Assembly (NCBI GenBank): GCA_965231015.1
Contig: OZ246408.1
Span: 280,158 to 344,157 of the forward strand
Direction: 5' to 3'
DNA from: an uncultured Gammaproteobacteria bacterium
GTDB lineage: Bacteria > Patescibacteriota > Patescibacteriia > UBA9934 > CAZDDW01
Length of the DNA: 64,000 nucleotides
Numbering within the stretch: the first letter of the stretch is position 1; each line of letters begins with the position of its first letter. Position numbers and translations under genes: made by a program. Positions 21,641-31,500 of this stretch are shown piece after piece. The notes under the pieces are model-generated. The model was not told where the DNA came from. It searched no databases and worked only from the letters and a program-made list of their open reading frames with translations.

Positions 21641-22534
21641 ATGCCAAACGGAGGTTTTTTAGATTACAAGACCCCAGAATACAAACAAACCGAAAAGCGG
21701 TATAAGCTTTCGGTCTGGTGGGTTAACAACCGGGCTCTCTTAAAGAAGATCGGGCTAATTATTTGGGCGGTGATTGATGCGGTCTTGATTTTGTTTGCCC
21801 TTTGGGTAGTGGTTGATACTTATTTAATCAGTTATGAAAACGAGCGAGCCCTCTCATTTGGTTTTGGAATCAATCAGGAAACCAGGAGGGCGGTGAATGA
21901 GTTAAGTGCTCCGGAACCGGTGATTGTTTCTTCTGACGTTTCAGTTTTTTCCACCGGAGATGGACGATATGATTTTTACGGAACCATTGAGAACACCAAT
22001 GATGATTATTGGATGGAGTTTACATATCATTTTTCTTATTCAGGTGGTCAAACAGATATCCAAACCGGTTTTGTCTATCCGCTTGAGCAAAAACCGGTCA
22101 TAGAGCTCGCTTATGAAAGTGAGTCTCGACCAACTTCAGCAACCTTAGTAATAGAGGACTATGATTGGAACTTTATCGATCCACATGAGATTGCCGACTT
22201 TGATTCCTGGCGCGCGGAACGGATTGATTTTGACGTGTCAGACTCTGAATACACTACGGCTCTTGATCTTGAGGAAGTGGTGGGGCGAAGCACTTTTACG
22301 ATTTTAAATGACAGTGCTTACAGTTATTGGGAGCCGGAGTTTTATGTGTTGCTTTACCGGGGCGGGTCGGTTGTGGCAGTGACCAAGACGGCGATTCCGG
22401 AATGTATAGCCGGGGAAAGCCGAACTATTGATCAAAATTGGTTTGGTTCGATTTCGTCGGTTACCAAGGTTGAGGTGGTTCCGGAGATTCAGCTTTTTGA
22501 TTTTTCCGCGTACATGAGCCCGCCAACTCGATGA
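21641..22534 (+). CDS. Membrane-anchored hypothetical protein
   Basis: Single N-terminal TM helix and two beta-rich domains; TATAAT 8 nt before the ATG. Confidence 0.75.
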   Translation: MPNGGFLDYKTPEYKQTEKRYKLSVWWVNNRALLKKIGLIIWAVIDAVLILFALWVVVDTYLISYENERALSFGFGINQETRRAVNELSAPEPVIVSSDVSVFSTGDGRYDFYGTIENTNDDYWMEFTYHFSYSGGQTDIQTGFVYPLEQKPVIELAYESESRPTSATLVIEDYDWNFIDPHEIADFDSWRAERIDFDVSDSEYTTALDLEEVVGRSTFTILNDSAYSYWEPEFYVLLYRGGSVVAVTKTAIPECIAGESRTIDQNWFGSISSVTKVEVVPEIQLFDFSAYMSPPTR

Positions 22535-22600
22535 CAATCCGGTCTTGAGAAAAAGACAACCGCTCGACAGCGAGCGGTTTTTGCATTAATCTCAAAGTAC

Positions 22601-23719
22601 ATGAATCGATTATCAAGTTATTGGCGACAATTTGATTGGCCGTTATTCGTAGCGGTTTTTGCTCTTATTGCCATGGGTTTGGCCGCAATTTATTCTGTGG
22701 CTTTATCTCAAGAAAGCACTAATTTTCTATTTGTTAAAAAACAATTGGTGGCTCTGGCTCTCGGAGTACTTGTCTTTGGAGTGTTGGCTTTTAGTAATTA
22801 TCGATTTCTTCGTAGTTATAGTTTGGTACTGTATGTTTTTGCTATTTTATTACTGGTAGCGGTCTTGTTTTTTGGTGCCACCTTGCGAGGCACTACGGGA
22901 TGGTTCACCCTGTTTGGCTTTAGCTTCCAACCTGTTGAGTTGGTTAAGTTTATTTTGGTGATTGTTTTAGCTCGGTATTTTGCTGAACGTGCACGACGCA
23001 GAATTGGAATACGTGAGATTATTGAAAGCGGGATCATTGCCTTGGTGCCGGCGAGCCTGGTTCTGTTACAACCAGACCTTGGGTCAGCCATGGTGCTTGT
23101 GGTTGCATGGGCTCTGATGCTTTTAGTGACTGGGGTCAAGAAGAGTCATTTGATTGCCTTAGCAGCTATAGCAGTTCTGGTAGCCGGACTCGGGTGGTTT
23201 TTTGTGTTGGCGGATTATCAGAAAGAACGATTAGTAACTTTTGTGGATCCGGCCAGTGATCCGCTTGATCAAGGTTATAATGTGACTCAGGCCATGATTG
23301 CCATTGGTTCAGGTCAGTGGTTTGGCAGAGGGCTTGGTTTTGGATCCCAAAGCCAGCTAAAGTTTTTACCCGCAGCCCAGACTGATTTTATTTTTGCTGT
23401 TATTGCCGAAGAGCTTGGCTTTTTAGGGGTCATGTTAGTGCTTGTGGCCTTTGGACTATTGTTTTTTAGAATTTGGCGTTTAGCCAAGTTGGCCATGGAC
23501 GATTTTACGACTTATATACTGCTTGGGTTTGGTTTTGTGTTACTTTTTGAATTTGTGGTGAACGTGGGTATGAACCTAGGCCTTATGCCTGTTACCGGGA
23601 TTGCTCTTCCACTGGTCAGCTACGGTGGATCATCTCTGCTTGTCACTTTGGCCATGCTTGGGATTATTGAGAGCATTGCCCTGCGTACCCGGTCTACCAA
23701 AGCTCGTCTGGCATCGTAG
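22601..23719 (+). CDS. rodA: Rod shape-determining SEDS protein RodA
   Basis: FQPVE, LQPDLGSA, AIGSG, TDFIFAVIAEE, LPLVSYGGSS. Confidence 0.9.
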   Translation: MNRLSSYWRQFDWPLFVAVFALIAMGLAAIYSVALSQESTNFLFVKKQLVALALGVLVFGVLAFSNYRFLRSYSLVLYVFAILLLVAVLFFGATLRGTTGWFTLFGFSFQPVELVKFILVIVLARYFAERARRRIGIREIIESGIIALVPASLVLLQPDLGSAMVLVVAWALMLLVTGVKKSHLIALAAIAVLVAGLGWFFVLADYQKERLVTFVDPASDPLDQGYNVTQAMIAIGSGQWFGRGLGFGSQSQLKFLPAAQTDFIFAVIAEELGFLGVMLVLVAFGLLFFRIWRLAKLAMDDFTTYILLGFGFVLLFEFVVNVGMNLGLMPVTGIALPLVSYGGSSLLVTLAMLGIIESIALRTRSTKARLAS

Positions 23720-23755
23720 AAGGTGGTATAATTTAGGGGTCAAAAATGCAAAAAT

Positions 23756-24094
23756 ATGATTGGTGAGCAAAATAACCATCTCTCTGATAAAGGATTAAAA
23801 GTAATGTCACGTTGCCCGATTTGTCATACCGCCTATGACCAGATTGAGGCTAGAATTCTTGGAGAAGATGCTGATACACGTTTGATTCATTTAACATGTC
23901 ATGAATGTTCTAATGCCTTACTGGCTTTGGTGCTTGTCACACCGGCTGGAATCAGTTCAGTGGGACTGTTAACTGATTTAAGCTATGATGACGTGCTTCG
24001 TTTTGGCCAATCAAGTGTTATCACTACGAATGACGTAATTTTAGCTCATCAGGAATTAAAGGAGGCGGGGTTCTTGACAAAATTGCCCCATTAA
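23756..24094 (+). CDS. Hypothetical zinc-ribbon protein
   Basis: CPIC and CHEC pairs. Confidence 0.75.
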   Translation: MIGEQNNHLSDKGLKVMSRCPICHTAYDQIEARILGEDADTRLIHLTCHECSNALLALVLVTPAGISSVGLLTDLSYDDVLRFGQSSVITTNDVILAHQELKEAGFLTKLPH

Positions 24095-24126
24095 GGCAAA
24101 ATACTGCCGTTATTGAATTACGAAAT

Positions 24127-24843
24127 ATGGCAACAATTACTCTAAAAGCTGAACCAAGGGAGGTAAAAGGGCGCGCCACCCACGGGTTGCGCGAGGCCGG
24201 CCTAGTGCCGGTGGTGGTTTATGGACCCAAAACTGAACCAACCATGGCTACAGTTAATGAAAACGAACTTAGGTCTGCGCTAAAAGAGGCCGGCCACAGT
24301 TCTTTGGTTGATCTTGTAATTGAAGGACAAGATCCAGTAAAAGTGATTATTCAAGATTTGCAAGAAGATCCGGTCAAGGATGAATTTTTGCACGCTGACT
24401 TGTATCAGGTGGATATGACTAAAAAGGTTGGTGCTACCGTGAAACTTGTTTTTTCAGGTATCGCTCCAGCGGTAAAAGAGCTTGGGGGAACTTTGGTTAA
24501 GGCTCGCACCACGGTAGAGGTAAAAGGTTTACCCGATAAACTGGTTCCATCTTTAGAAGTTGATTTGACCAAACTGGCCACCTTTGATGATGTGATTCAT
24601 ATTAAAGATATTACTCTTCCGGAAGGATTAGAGTGGGGTGTTGACGCTGAACGATCAGTAGCTGTGGTAAACCCACCACGAACTGAAGAAGAAATGGCTG
24701 CCCTTGATGAGGTTCCTGAAGAAGGAGAATTACCAGAAGGGGCTGAGGAAGATAAAGAAGGTGAAGAGGGTGAGGAAGGTGAAGAGAAAAAGTCTGAAGA
24801 TGGTGAAGGGGATAAAAATAAAGAAGAGGAAAAGTCTGAATAA
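24127..24843 (+). CDS. rplY: 50S ribosomal protein L25 (Ctc form, acidic tail)
   Basis: LREAGLVPVVVYG, HADLYQV, VKELGGTL. Confidence 0.95.
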   Translation: MATITLKAEPREVKGRATHGLREAGLVPVVVYGPKTEPTMATVNENELRSALKEAGHSSLVDLVIEGQDPVKVIIQDLQEDPVKDEFLHADLYQVDMTKKVGATVKLVFSGIAPAVKELGGTLVKARTTVEVKGLPDKLVPSLEVDLTKLATFDDVIHIKDITLPEGLEWGVDAERSVAVVNPPRTEEEMAALDEVPEEGELPEGAEEDKEGEEGEEGEEKKSEDGEGDKNKEEEKSE

Positions 24844-24865
24844 GAATCACATGCAGGAGGCATAC

Positions 24866-25936
24866 ATGAAAAAAGTGTTAATTGGAGTAGGAGCGGCGAG
24901 TGGAATCATCGCCGTTCTTTTGGTACTTGTTATTTTTCGTGAGCCCATCTTTGGCCAGAATAAGGACTTTGAGTTTGAGCCGTTTGCGGAAAATACTGAA
25001 ACGGAGTTATTGTATCGGCATCCGCTGACTGGTGAGTCCTTAGAACAAGAACTGGCTGACCCACGGGTTTTGGCAGTTATGGTAGAAAATATGGTTGAGG
25101 CTTGGCCGCTTTCTGGGATCGATGAAGCGTATTTGATCATTGAGGCCCCGGTGGAAGCCGCAATTCCTCGCTTAATAGCTTATTTTTACGAAGGACAAGA
25201 GGTGGATGTTGTGGGTCCAGTTCGCTCGGCTCGTCCGTACTATGTTGATTGGGCCGAGGGGCTCGACGCTTTGTATGCCCATGTAGGTGGTTCGCCTGAA
25301 GCTCTGGAGTTGATTGCTTCGCGCGATATCTTGGATCTTAATGAATTTTATAACGGTTGGTACTTCTGGCGCGACGAATCTCGTGGTGCTCCGCATAATG
25401 TTTACACGTCAACTGAATTGTTGTTTGAGGCATATGATGATTATGAAGAACGAAACGGAAATTGGACGGTCGATTATGAAGCATGGCAATTTAGACAGGG
25501 AGAAGCAAGACCGATGCAGGATGGTCAACTTATCAAAATGGAATTTTCACCGACTTACGGAAGACTTTATGAGGCTCGTTGGAAATATGACGCAGGAGAA
25601 AATCGTTATTTACGTTATCAAAATGGTGAATTATTCACCACCGCTCATGGGGAATGGATTTGGGCAGATAACGTAGTAGTGATTGAGACTGAAATTGAAG
25701 TTATAGACGCTATTGGCCGGCGTCATATTGAGACCATTTCAGAGGGTGATGGATTGTTGTTTAAAAACGGGGAACGGATCGAGATTACTTGGAGCAAAGA
25801 GAGTCCAGAAGATCGAATTAAATTTTTAGAAAAAGAAACCGGCGAGGAGATCGCCGTTAATGTTGGTAAAACTTGGATTGAAGTGTTGCCGGACTTAGAA
25901 AGAGTACAGGTTGAGGATCCTATCGAAGAAGAATAG
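24866..25936 (+). CDS. DUF3048-like membrane-anchored protein
   Basis: HPLTG, AVMVEN, GPVRSAR, HVGGS, APHN; AGGAGG before ATG 24866. Confidence 0.85.
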   Translation: MKKVLIGVGAASGIIAVLLVLVIFREPIFGQNKDFEFEPFAENTETELLYRHPLTGESLEQELADPRVLAVMVENMVEAWPLSGIDEAYLIIEAPVEAAIPRLIAYFYEGQEVDVVGPVRSARPYYVDWAEGLDALYAHVGGSPEALELIASRDILDLNEFYNGWYFWRDESRGAPHNVYTSTELLFEAYDDYEERNGNWTVDYEAWQFRQGEARPMQDGQLIKMEFSPTYGRLYEARWKYDAGENRYLRYQNGELFTTAHGEWIWADNVVVIETEIEVIDAIGRRHIETISEGDGLLFKNGERIEITWSKESPEDRIKFLEKETGEEIAVNVGKTWIEVLPDLERVQVEDPIEEE

Positions 25937-26857
25937 TTATTTGATTTTAGAAATCACGACCCGATCAAGACCACCAAGGTCTTTTTTGATTTCCGGTTTG
26001 CTTCCAGGAAAATAATGCTGTATCAAAGACACAATGGCTTTACTTTGTTGTGGGTCAATTTCAATGATGGTGTAGGTATTTTTGGGTAGAGTATTTTCAG
26101 CTCGAACCAGATCCTTATACAGCTTCCAATATTCATCTAATCCGTCTGCCCCGGCCACCAGAGCCTCAAGCGGCTCCCAGTCACGAACTTCAGGTTGAGC
26201 TTCAGTCACTTGTTCAGTGGTCAAGTAAGGCAGGTTAGCGGTAATAATGAGATTGTCTGGTAAAAGTCGCGGATCTTTTTCTTGAAGTTTGACCAGTGTT
26301 TTATTGACGGGTTCAAATCCCGGACCGGTTTTAAATTCAATCAGGTCACTGACTTTGTGTTTACGAGCGTTTTGTTTGGCCAGGGTTACAGTCCGTTCGT
26401 TGATATCATTGGCGATTACAGGTTGTCCGGTTTCTGCGGCTATGGTCACAGCAATCGCGCCAGAACCAACCCCGATGTCAGCAAACCAAGTTTCACCCTT
26501 TAGTTCAGACAGAGTATTCAAGGCTGACTCAATCAAGCTTTCTGTTTCTGGGCGGGGAATCAAAACAAATCTGTTCACACTAAAGTCCCGACCATAGAAA
26601 AATTTCCGGCCTGTTATGTAGGCCAACGGTTCGTTTTTGATTCTTCGTTTTATCATTTTACGAAAGGCATCGGCTTTGGCTTCTGGGACGTCATGGTAAA
26701 GATTCGAAAAAAGATAGGCCTTTGGTTGACCTAAGCTAGCCGCCAACATGAGTTCACTATCAAGCATGGGGGCCTCGAGTTTGGCAAAGTCAGGATTAGT
26801 CTCTTGGGCTTCCTTGAGCTTTTTGTTTCCCCATTCCATTAATTCCATGATTTTCAT
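25937..26857 (-). CDS. prmC: Release factor glutamine methyltransferase
   Basis: EPLAYITG, VLIPRPETE, DIGVGSGAI, ANLPY. Confidence 0.95.
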   Translation of the reverse strand: MKIMELMEWGNKKLKEAQETNPDFAKLEAPMLDSELMLAASLGQPKAYLFSNLYHDVPEAKADAFRKMIKRRIKNEPLAYITGRKFFYGRDFSVNRFVLIPRPETESLIESALNTLSELKGETWFADIGVGSGAIAVTIAAETGQPVIANDINERTVTLAKQNARKHKVSDLIEFKTGPGFEPVNKTLVKLQEKDPRLLPDNLIITANLPYLTTEQVTEAQPEVRDWEPLEALVAGADGLDEYWKLYKDLVRAENTLPKNTYTIIEIDPQQSKAIVSLIQHYFPGSKPEIKKDLGGLDRVVISKIK

Positions 26858-26894
26858 AACGCCTTGAGATTACCTTAAGTTTTTATTTTTGTAA

Positions 26895-27103
26895 AAGAAA
26901 AAGGACCACGCCGCTTCGCTCGGGCGGTGGCGATGCCGAGGGGGCGGTGGTCCTTGCGGGGATGAACCGGGTTGACCCCGATGAGGGAATTCAGACGATC
27001 AGGGACTATCCACAGATCGCCGCATTAGCGGGGAGATCAACCCGGTTCAATTTGAGCCGGTAATTCGGCAAGGAAAGAACAGATTTGGAGGGTCGCCTTT
27101 ACT
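26895..27103 (-). ncRNA. Candidate stand-alone structured ncRNA (~205 nt)
   Basis: Own TTGACA(27138-27133)-N17-TAACCT promoter; 13-bp perfect inverted repeat 26963-75/27037-49 extended by G-U pairs on the minus strand; closing hairpin 26901-26955 plus U-tract; no minus-strand ORF. Confidence 0.6.
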
Positions 27104-27134
27104 ATTTTTAGGTTAGCAAGCCCGTTTTTGAGTG

Positions 27135-27809
27135 TCAAACCGTTTTATTGGCTACCTCGAGTTCTTCCTGGGTTCCGACCGGTAACCAAAAATCAGCCTT
27201 TATAACTTTTAACCCACACTCATCAACCATGTGGTTGAAGGTGTGGGGAAGGGAGTATTCGGTCTTACCGTGTACTTTTATCTTTTCAAGAGGGTAGTTG
27301 AAAAATTCTGGAGTGAGCACGTAAGCTCCGGTGTTGCGTAAAATTGGCTCGTCTTCGTCCGGGTTGTGTCGAATACCTAAAAAGCACCCAATGGCATCAG
27401 CCTCAATCGTTGATGGTGCCGGACCTTTTGTTTCAAAAACCAGCATTCCGTTATCCAGATCTATTAATCTCCTTAGGTCGTCTTGGTGATAAAGGTCATC
27501 TCCATTAACAACCAGGAATTTTTCCTCGAGATCATCTTTTAACAGGTGTAAGGCGGCCCCGGTGCCGTTTAGTTTAGGCTGATCAACGTAACGAATTGGT
27601 TTATCTTGAAAGGTGTCTCCCAGGTGATCGATTATTTGCTCTTTCAGATGGTGTACCACAATGATAATCTCATCGACACATTCAGGAAGGGATTCCAGGG
27701 TATGCTCGATTAAGGGCTTGTCTCCAATTGTCACCATGGCCTTGGGGGTGGTTTCAGTTAATGGGCGTAGTCGGAGTCCGGTCCCGGCCGCAAGAATGAT
27801 TGCTTTCAT
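27135..27809 (-). CDS. Sugar-phosphate nucleotidyltransferase
   Basis: ILAAGTGLRLRPLT..PK, GTG, NGDD. Confidence 0.9.
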   Translation of the reverse strand: MKAIILAAGTGLRLRPLTETTPKAMVTIGDKPLIEHTLESLPECVDEIIIVVHHLKEQIIDHLGDTFQDKPIRYVDQPKLNGTGAALHLLKDDLEEKFLVVNGDDLYHQDDLRRLIDLDNGMLVFETKGPAPSTIEADAIGCFLGIRHNPDEDEPILRNTGAYVLTPEFFNYPLEKIKVHGKTEYSLPHTFNHMVDECGLKVIKADFWLPVGTQEELEVANKTV

Positions 27810-27812
27810 AGT

Positions 27813-28877
27813 TTAAGATAGTTGTTCTTCAATGTTTTTTTGTTTTAGTTCTTCGATGATATCGGCTATATCACCATCCATTATTTTAGGCAGGTCAGAC
27901 CAGTTTTTGTTCACACGATGATCAGTAAGCCTGTCTTGCGGGTAGTTGTAGGTGCGAATTTTTTCGCTCCGACCCCCTGAGCCAATTTGTCCCCGGCGTT
28001 TTTCTTCAAGTTCAGCTCGTCGTTTTTCTTCTTCCATGGCAAAGATTCGGGCTCGAATGATTGAGAGAGCTCGTTCTTTGTTTTGTTTTTGCGAACGTTC
28101 GTCCTGGCAATAAACCATGAGTCCTGATGGAAGGTGGGTAATTCGGATCGCTGAATAGGTGGTGTTGACAGATTGCCCCCCGCTTCCGGTGGACGTAGTA
28201 GCCTCTATTTTTAGGTTTTTTGGATCAATTGTAATTTCAGTTTCTTCGATTTCAGGAAGCACGGCTACGGTTGCGGTGGAGGTGTGAATCCGTCCCTGTT
28301 TTTCCGTTTCCGGAACGCGTTGCACTCGATGCACCCCGGACTCAAATTTCATTTGTCCATAAACTCCATCACCTTGTATGCCAAAGATGACTTCCTTGAA
28401 TCCACCAAGGTCGTTTTGTGAACTTGAGATCAGTTTGGTTTTCCAATTCATCCGCTCTGCATAACGTGAATACATGCGGAACAGGTCTGCGGCAAACAAG
28501 GCGGCCTCGTCCCCGCCCGTTCCGGCGCGTATCTCAATGATCACATCTTTTTTATCAAGTGGGTCCGGTGGAACCAAGGCGATAATTACATCCGCCTCAA
28601 GTTTGGCTATCTTTTCCGAAAGATCAGCAATTTCCGTTTCAGCCAACTCTTTCATTTCTGGATCAGCAGATTCTTCCAGCGTACTTTTGGCCCCTGCCAA
28701 ATCGTGAATCAACTTATCGTATTCATCGATAACTTCCATCTTATCTTTTAAGACAGAGTATTCAGTACTCACTTCCTTCATTTTTTTGGGATCAAAAACC
28801 AGGCTCGGGTCAGCCAGTTTCTGTTCGAGCTCGGCAAAGTGTTTTTTTCTGTTGTCGATTTCTTTTTGGATGTCCAT
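27813..28877 (-). CDS. prfA: Peptide chain release factor 1
   Basis: [17 protein letters not shown] (PxT), [12 protein letters not shown]. Confidence 0.97.
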   Translation of the reverse strand: MDIQKEIDNRKKHFAELEQKLADPSLVFDPKKMKEVSTEYSVLKDKMEVIDEYDKLIHDLAGAKSTLEESADPEMKELAETEIADLSEKIAKLEADVIIALVPPDPLDKKDVIIEIRAGTGGDEAALFAADLFRMYSRYAERMNWKTKLISSSQNDLGGFKEVIFGIQGDGVYGQMKFESGVHRVQRVPETEKQGRIHTSTATVAVLPEIEETEITIDPKNLKIEATTSTGSGGQSVNTTYSAIRITHLPSGLMVYCQDERSQKQNKERALSIIRARIFAMEEEKRRAELEEKRRGQIGSGGRSEKIRTYNYPQDRLTDHRVNKNWSDLPKIMDGDIADIIEELKQKNIEEQLS

Positions 28878-28935
28878 ATATTACTCAATACAAAAAGCGT
28901 CTTCCGAAAGGGAAGAACGCTCCAATTTTGCGAAT

Positions 28936-29268
28936 CTAATTTTTGGCAACAGCTTTTTTAACGGTTGCCCCTTTGGCTTCTTCAACCTCATACTTAGGGC
29001 CTTTTTCCGCTCGCTTAGCGCGTTTGGCAGCTTTTTTGGCCGCCCTGCTTTGTACAGCATCTGCTGCTTTTTTGGCATCGCGGGCTTTGAATTTTTCAAC
29101 TCGACGAGCCGTGTCCACAATTTTTTGAGTTCCGGTAAAGAAAGGATGACAGGCAGAACAAAGCTCAATTTGAATATCCTGCTTGGTGGAACCGGTTTCG
29201 TATTGGGCTCCGCATGAGCAGGTAATAGTCACATTGTTGTTGTAATCTGGGTGTAGATCTTTTTTCAT
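28936..29268 (-). CDS. rpmE: 50S ribosomal protein L31
   Basis: [21 protein letters not shown], long basic tail. Confidence 0.95.
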   Translation of the reverse strand: MKKDLHPDYNNNVTITCSCGAQYETGSTKQDIQIELCSACHPFFTGTQKIVDTARRVEKFKARDAKKAADAVQSRAAKKAAKRAKRAEKGPKYEVEEAKGATVKKAVAKN

Positions 29269-29354
29269 AAATTTGGGCAATATCAGTACGGCGGAAGTTT
29301 ATCAAACCGAGTAAAACTTGTCAATCCCTGTAATTTCGCTATGATAAGCGTCGT

Positions 29355-30458
29355 ATGAGTACTTCAACTAGCCAATTTGACTACGATTTACCTCCTGATT
29401 GTATCGCTCAAGAGCCAATTGAACCTAAAGATCAATCGAAATTATTGGTTTTAGATAAGGAAACCGGTGATATTCAACACAGCCATTTTTATAAAATTGG
29501 AAGTTTTTTGCGTGACGATGACGTGCTTGTGTTCAATAAGACCAAAGTTTTTAAAGCTCGGTTACAAGGGAAGGCTTGGAAGGCTCGGAAGGCTCGGAAG
29601 GCCGGGGAGGCTCGGAAGGCTTCTGACGTCGAAGTGTTCCTGTTACGCGCTCGCAATAACGGTTGGGAAGCTATGATTCGTCCTGGGCGGAAGGTGCCGG
29701 TAGGATCGAGTATTGAGCTCGAAAGCATGTCTGGAAAAGTGCTCGAGAAACATGAAAACGGATCTGTGTTAATTGATTTCGGAGTTGGAGTCGACGAGGT
29801 ACTCGAATACTGTGACAAGTATGGGGAAGTTCCGACACCGCCTTACGTCAAACAGGCTACAGATGAGGCAAAGTATCAAACAGTTTATGCTGAAGAGGTC
29901 GGTTCTGTGGCCGCTCCAACGGCCGGGTTTCATTTTACGGATCGGCTAATAGGTGAATTACGGGCCCGAGGGATTCAGATGGAATTTGTGACCTTGCACG
30001 TTGGGATCGGGACGTTTCAGCCGGTGAAAACTGAAACACTTGAAGAGCATGTCATGCATGCGGAGTTTGTAGAGATTGATGCAGGAACCGCTATGCGATT
30101 AAATCAAGTTAAAGAACAGGGAAGACGAGTTGTTGCCGTTGGCACGACAACGACTCGGGCGCTTGAGGGTGCCAGCCGCACGTCGCACGTCGCACGTGGC
30201 AAATCGTTTCAGAACGACGAGCGACGAGCGACATGCGATTTGCAGGCTTTTTCCGGTGACGTGAATATCTTTATCACTCCGGGGTATGATTTTAAAATGA
30301 TCGACGCGCTAATAACCAATTTTCATTTGCCAAAATCAACTTTAATCGCCATGGTTTCAGCCCTGTCAGATCGAAAAAACATCCTCAATGCCTACGAAGA
30401 GGCAAAAAAGCATAATTACCGATTCTATTCTTTCGGCGACGCCATGTTTTTACAATAA
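29355..30458 (+). CDS. queA: SAM:tRNA ribosyltransferase-isomerase
   Basis: FDYDLP, IAQEP, AAPTAGFHF, TLHVG, TNFHLPKST, YRFYSFGDAM; carries two repeat-derived segments. Confidence 0.97.
   Translation: MSTSTSQFDYDLPPDCIAQEPIEPKDQSKLLVLDKETGDIQHSHFYKIGSFLRDDDVLVFNKTKVFKARLQGKAWKARKARKAGEARKASDVEVFLLRARNNGWEAMIRPGRKVPVGSSIELESMSGKVLEKHENGSVLIDFGVGVDEVLEYCDKYGEVPTPPYVKQATDEAKYQTVYAEEVGSVAAPTAGFHFTDRLIGELRARGIQMEFVTLHVGIGTFQPVKTETLEEHVMHAEFVEIDAGTAMRLNQVKEQGRRVVAVGTTTTRALEGASRTSHVARGKSFQNDERRATCDLQAFSGDVNIFITPGYDFKMIDALITNFHLPKSTLIAMVSALSDRKNILNAYEEAKKHNYRFYSFGDAMFLQ
30177..30243. repeat. Heptamer-built palindromic element lying in-frame in queA
   Basis: (CGCACGT)3 GGCAAAT CGTTTCAGAACG (ACGAGCG)2 ACATGCG ATTTGC. 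Confidence 0.8.
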
Positions 30459-30496
30459 AAATTAACCCCAACAGCGAACGTAGCTCGCGGTCGGGG

Positions 30497-31255
30497 TTAT
30501 TGAGTTTTGGCTCCCTCAGGGATGTCGTCGAGGAAATCGGTTTCTTCAAGATCTTCTGCGTCCTCTTCGGACAATTCCTCCCAGACAATGAATGATTCAT
30601 CGATTACTTCCAGATCCTCTTCTGCCGGTTCGTCGGGTTTGTCTGGTTTTGGCCGTCTGGCAGGTGAGCTAAGGTCAGTGACAGTGTCTTCAGTTGGTTC
30701 GTCTCCCATGTCATCATCTAAGCTTGAGTGCACTGGCGGAGCCGAGGTCATGTTGGGAGCACGTTCAGCCAGTGGGGTACGCAAGTGGTCAAACACGAGC
30801 TTCAGAGTTCGCTCACTGCAACCAAGAGCCGCATACTCTGTGGCACGCCGCAGGCTTGTGTCGTTGTTTTCTCGGAGCAGTCGTTCGATGGCTCGGTCCA
30901 TTTCCGGCCAACAGTCCATGTTCTCGATTTGCTGGGTTGTTCCACCCAAGGCCTCAATAGCCGCTTCTGCTTCCTGAGGGCTATGGCTTTCACGGAGGGA
31001 CAATTTAAGTAGCCGTTTGATCGCCTCCCATTGGCGCTCTCCCAAAAAACTATGCATTCCAAGCGCTTCGGTGATTTCGCCCTGTCGGGCCAGGCTTCTG
31101 GCACGACTGGACATGTGTTGAGTTCGTGCCGGAGAAAGTGAAAGAGTATTGAAGCGAGCGATCAAGTAATCCCACTCTTCTTGATCGCCGTATAAGACTG
31201 ATAGACTGTCAGCGATCTGCTGCCACAGCCTAATGCGCAGATCAGTTCGCCGCAT
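30497..31255 (-). CDS. Hypothetical protein with acidic C-terminal tail
   Basis: Long ORF; likely start MRRTDL at 31255; TTGACG promoter upstream. Confidence 0.65.
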   Translation of the reverse strand: MRRTDLRIRLWQQIADSLSVLYGDQEEWDYLIARFNTLSLSPARTQHMSSRARSLARQGEITEALGMHSFLGERQWEAIKRLLKLSLRESHSPQEAEAAIEALGGTTQQIENMDCWPEMDRAIERLLRENNDTSLRRATEYAALGCSERTLKLVFDHLRTPLAERAPNMTSAPPVHSSLDDDMGDEPTEDTVTDLSSPARRPKPDKPDEPAEEDLEVIDESFIVWEELSEEDAEDLEETDFLDDIPEGAKTQ

Positions 31256-31349
31256 GCCTTGCTTACCCCTGTTTAGGTTAATTACCAACCGTTTGGTTGG
31301 TATTACTTTTTACCAGTTTTAAGGTTGATTCGTCAAATAAGGTTCTTGC

Positions 31350-31500
31350 TTGACAATTTTTGCCAAGTTTAGTATTATTCTGCGCGTAATTAACACACAG
31401 GTGGTTTAGCAATTTAAGCACAGCGAGGTCCTGCCAATTTGGCCCCTGGCTGATACCACCGAGGCACGTCCGGTCGAATCCGGGCTAAAAGGAACTAAAT
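31350..31500 (+). promoter_or_regulatory. rpsB promoter and structured S2-type leader
   Basis: TTGACA-N17-TATTAT; ACACAC followed by a GGTGGT..ACCACC stem and GAGG, as in rpsB leaders. Confidence 0.6.

Noticed and set aside
24700-24843. GAA-rich repeats in rplY, and the Gly-rich end of the DUF2207-like gene
   Set aside because: Ordinary low-complexity protein tails typical of these families
26957-27060. tmRNA (plus-strand GGGGATGAACCGGGTTGAC resembles a tmRNA 5' end)
   Set aside because: No matching T-arm/acceptor 3' end, the region is too short, and the promoter and G-U pairs favour the minus strand
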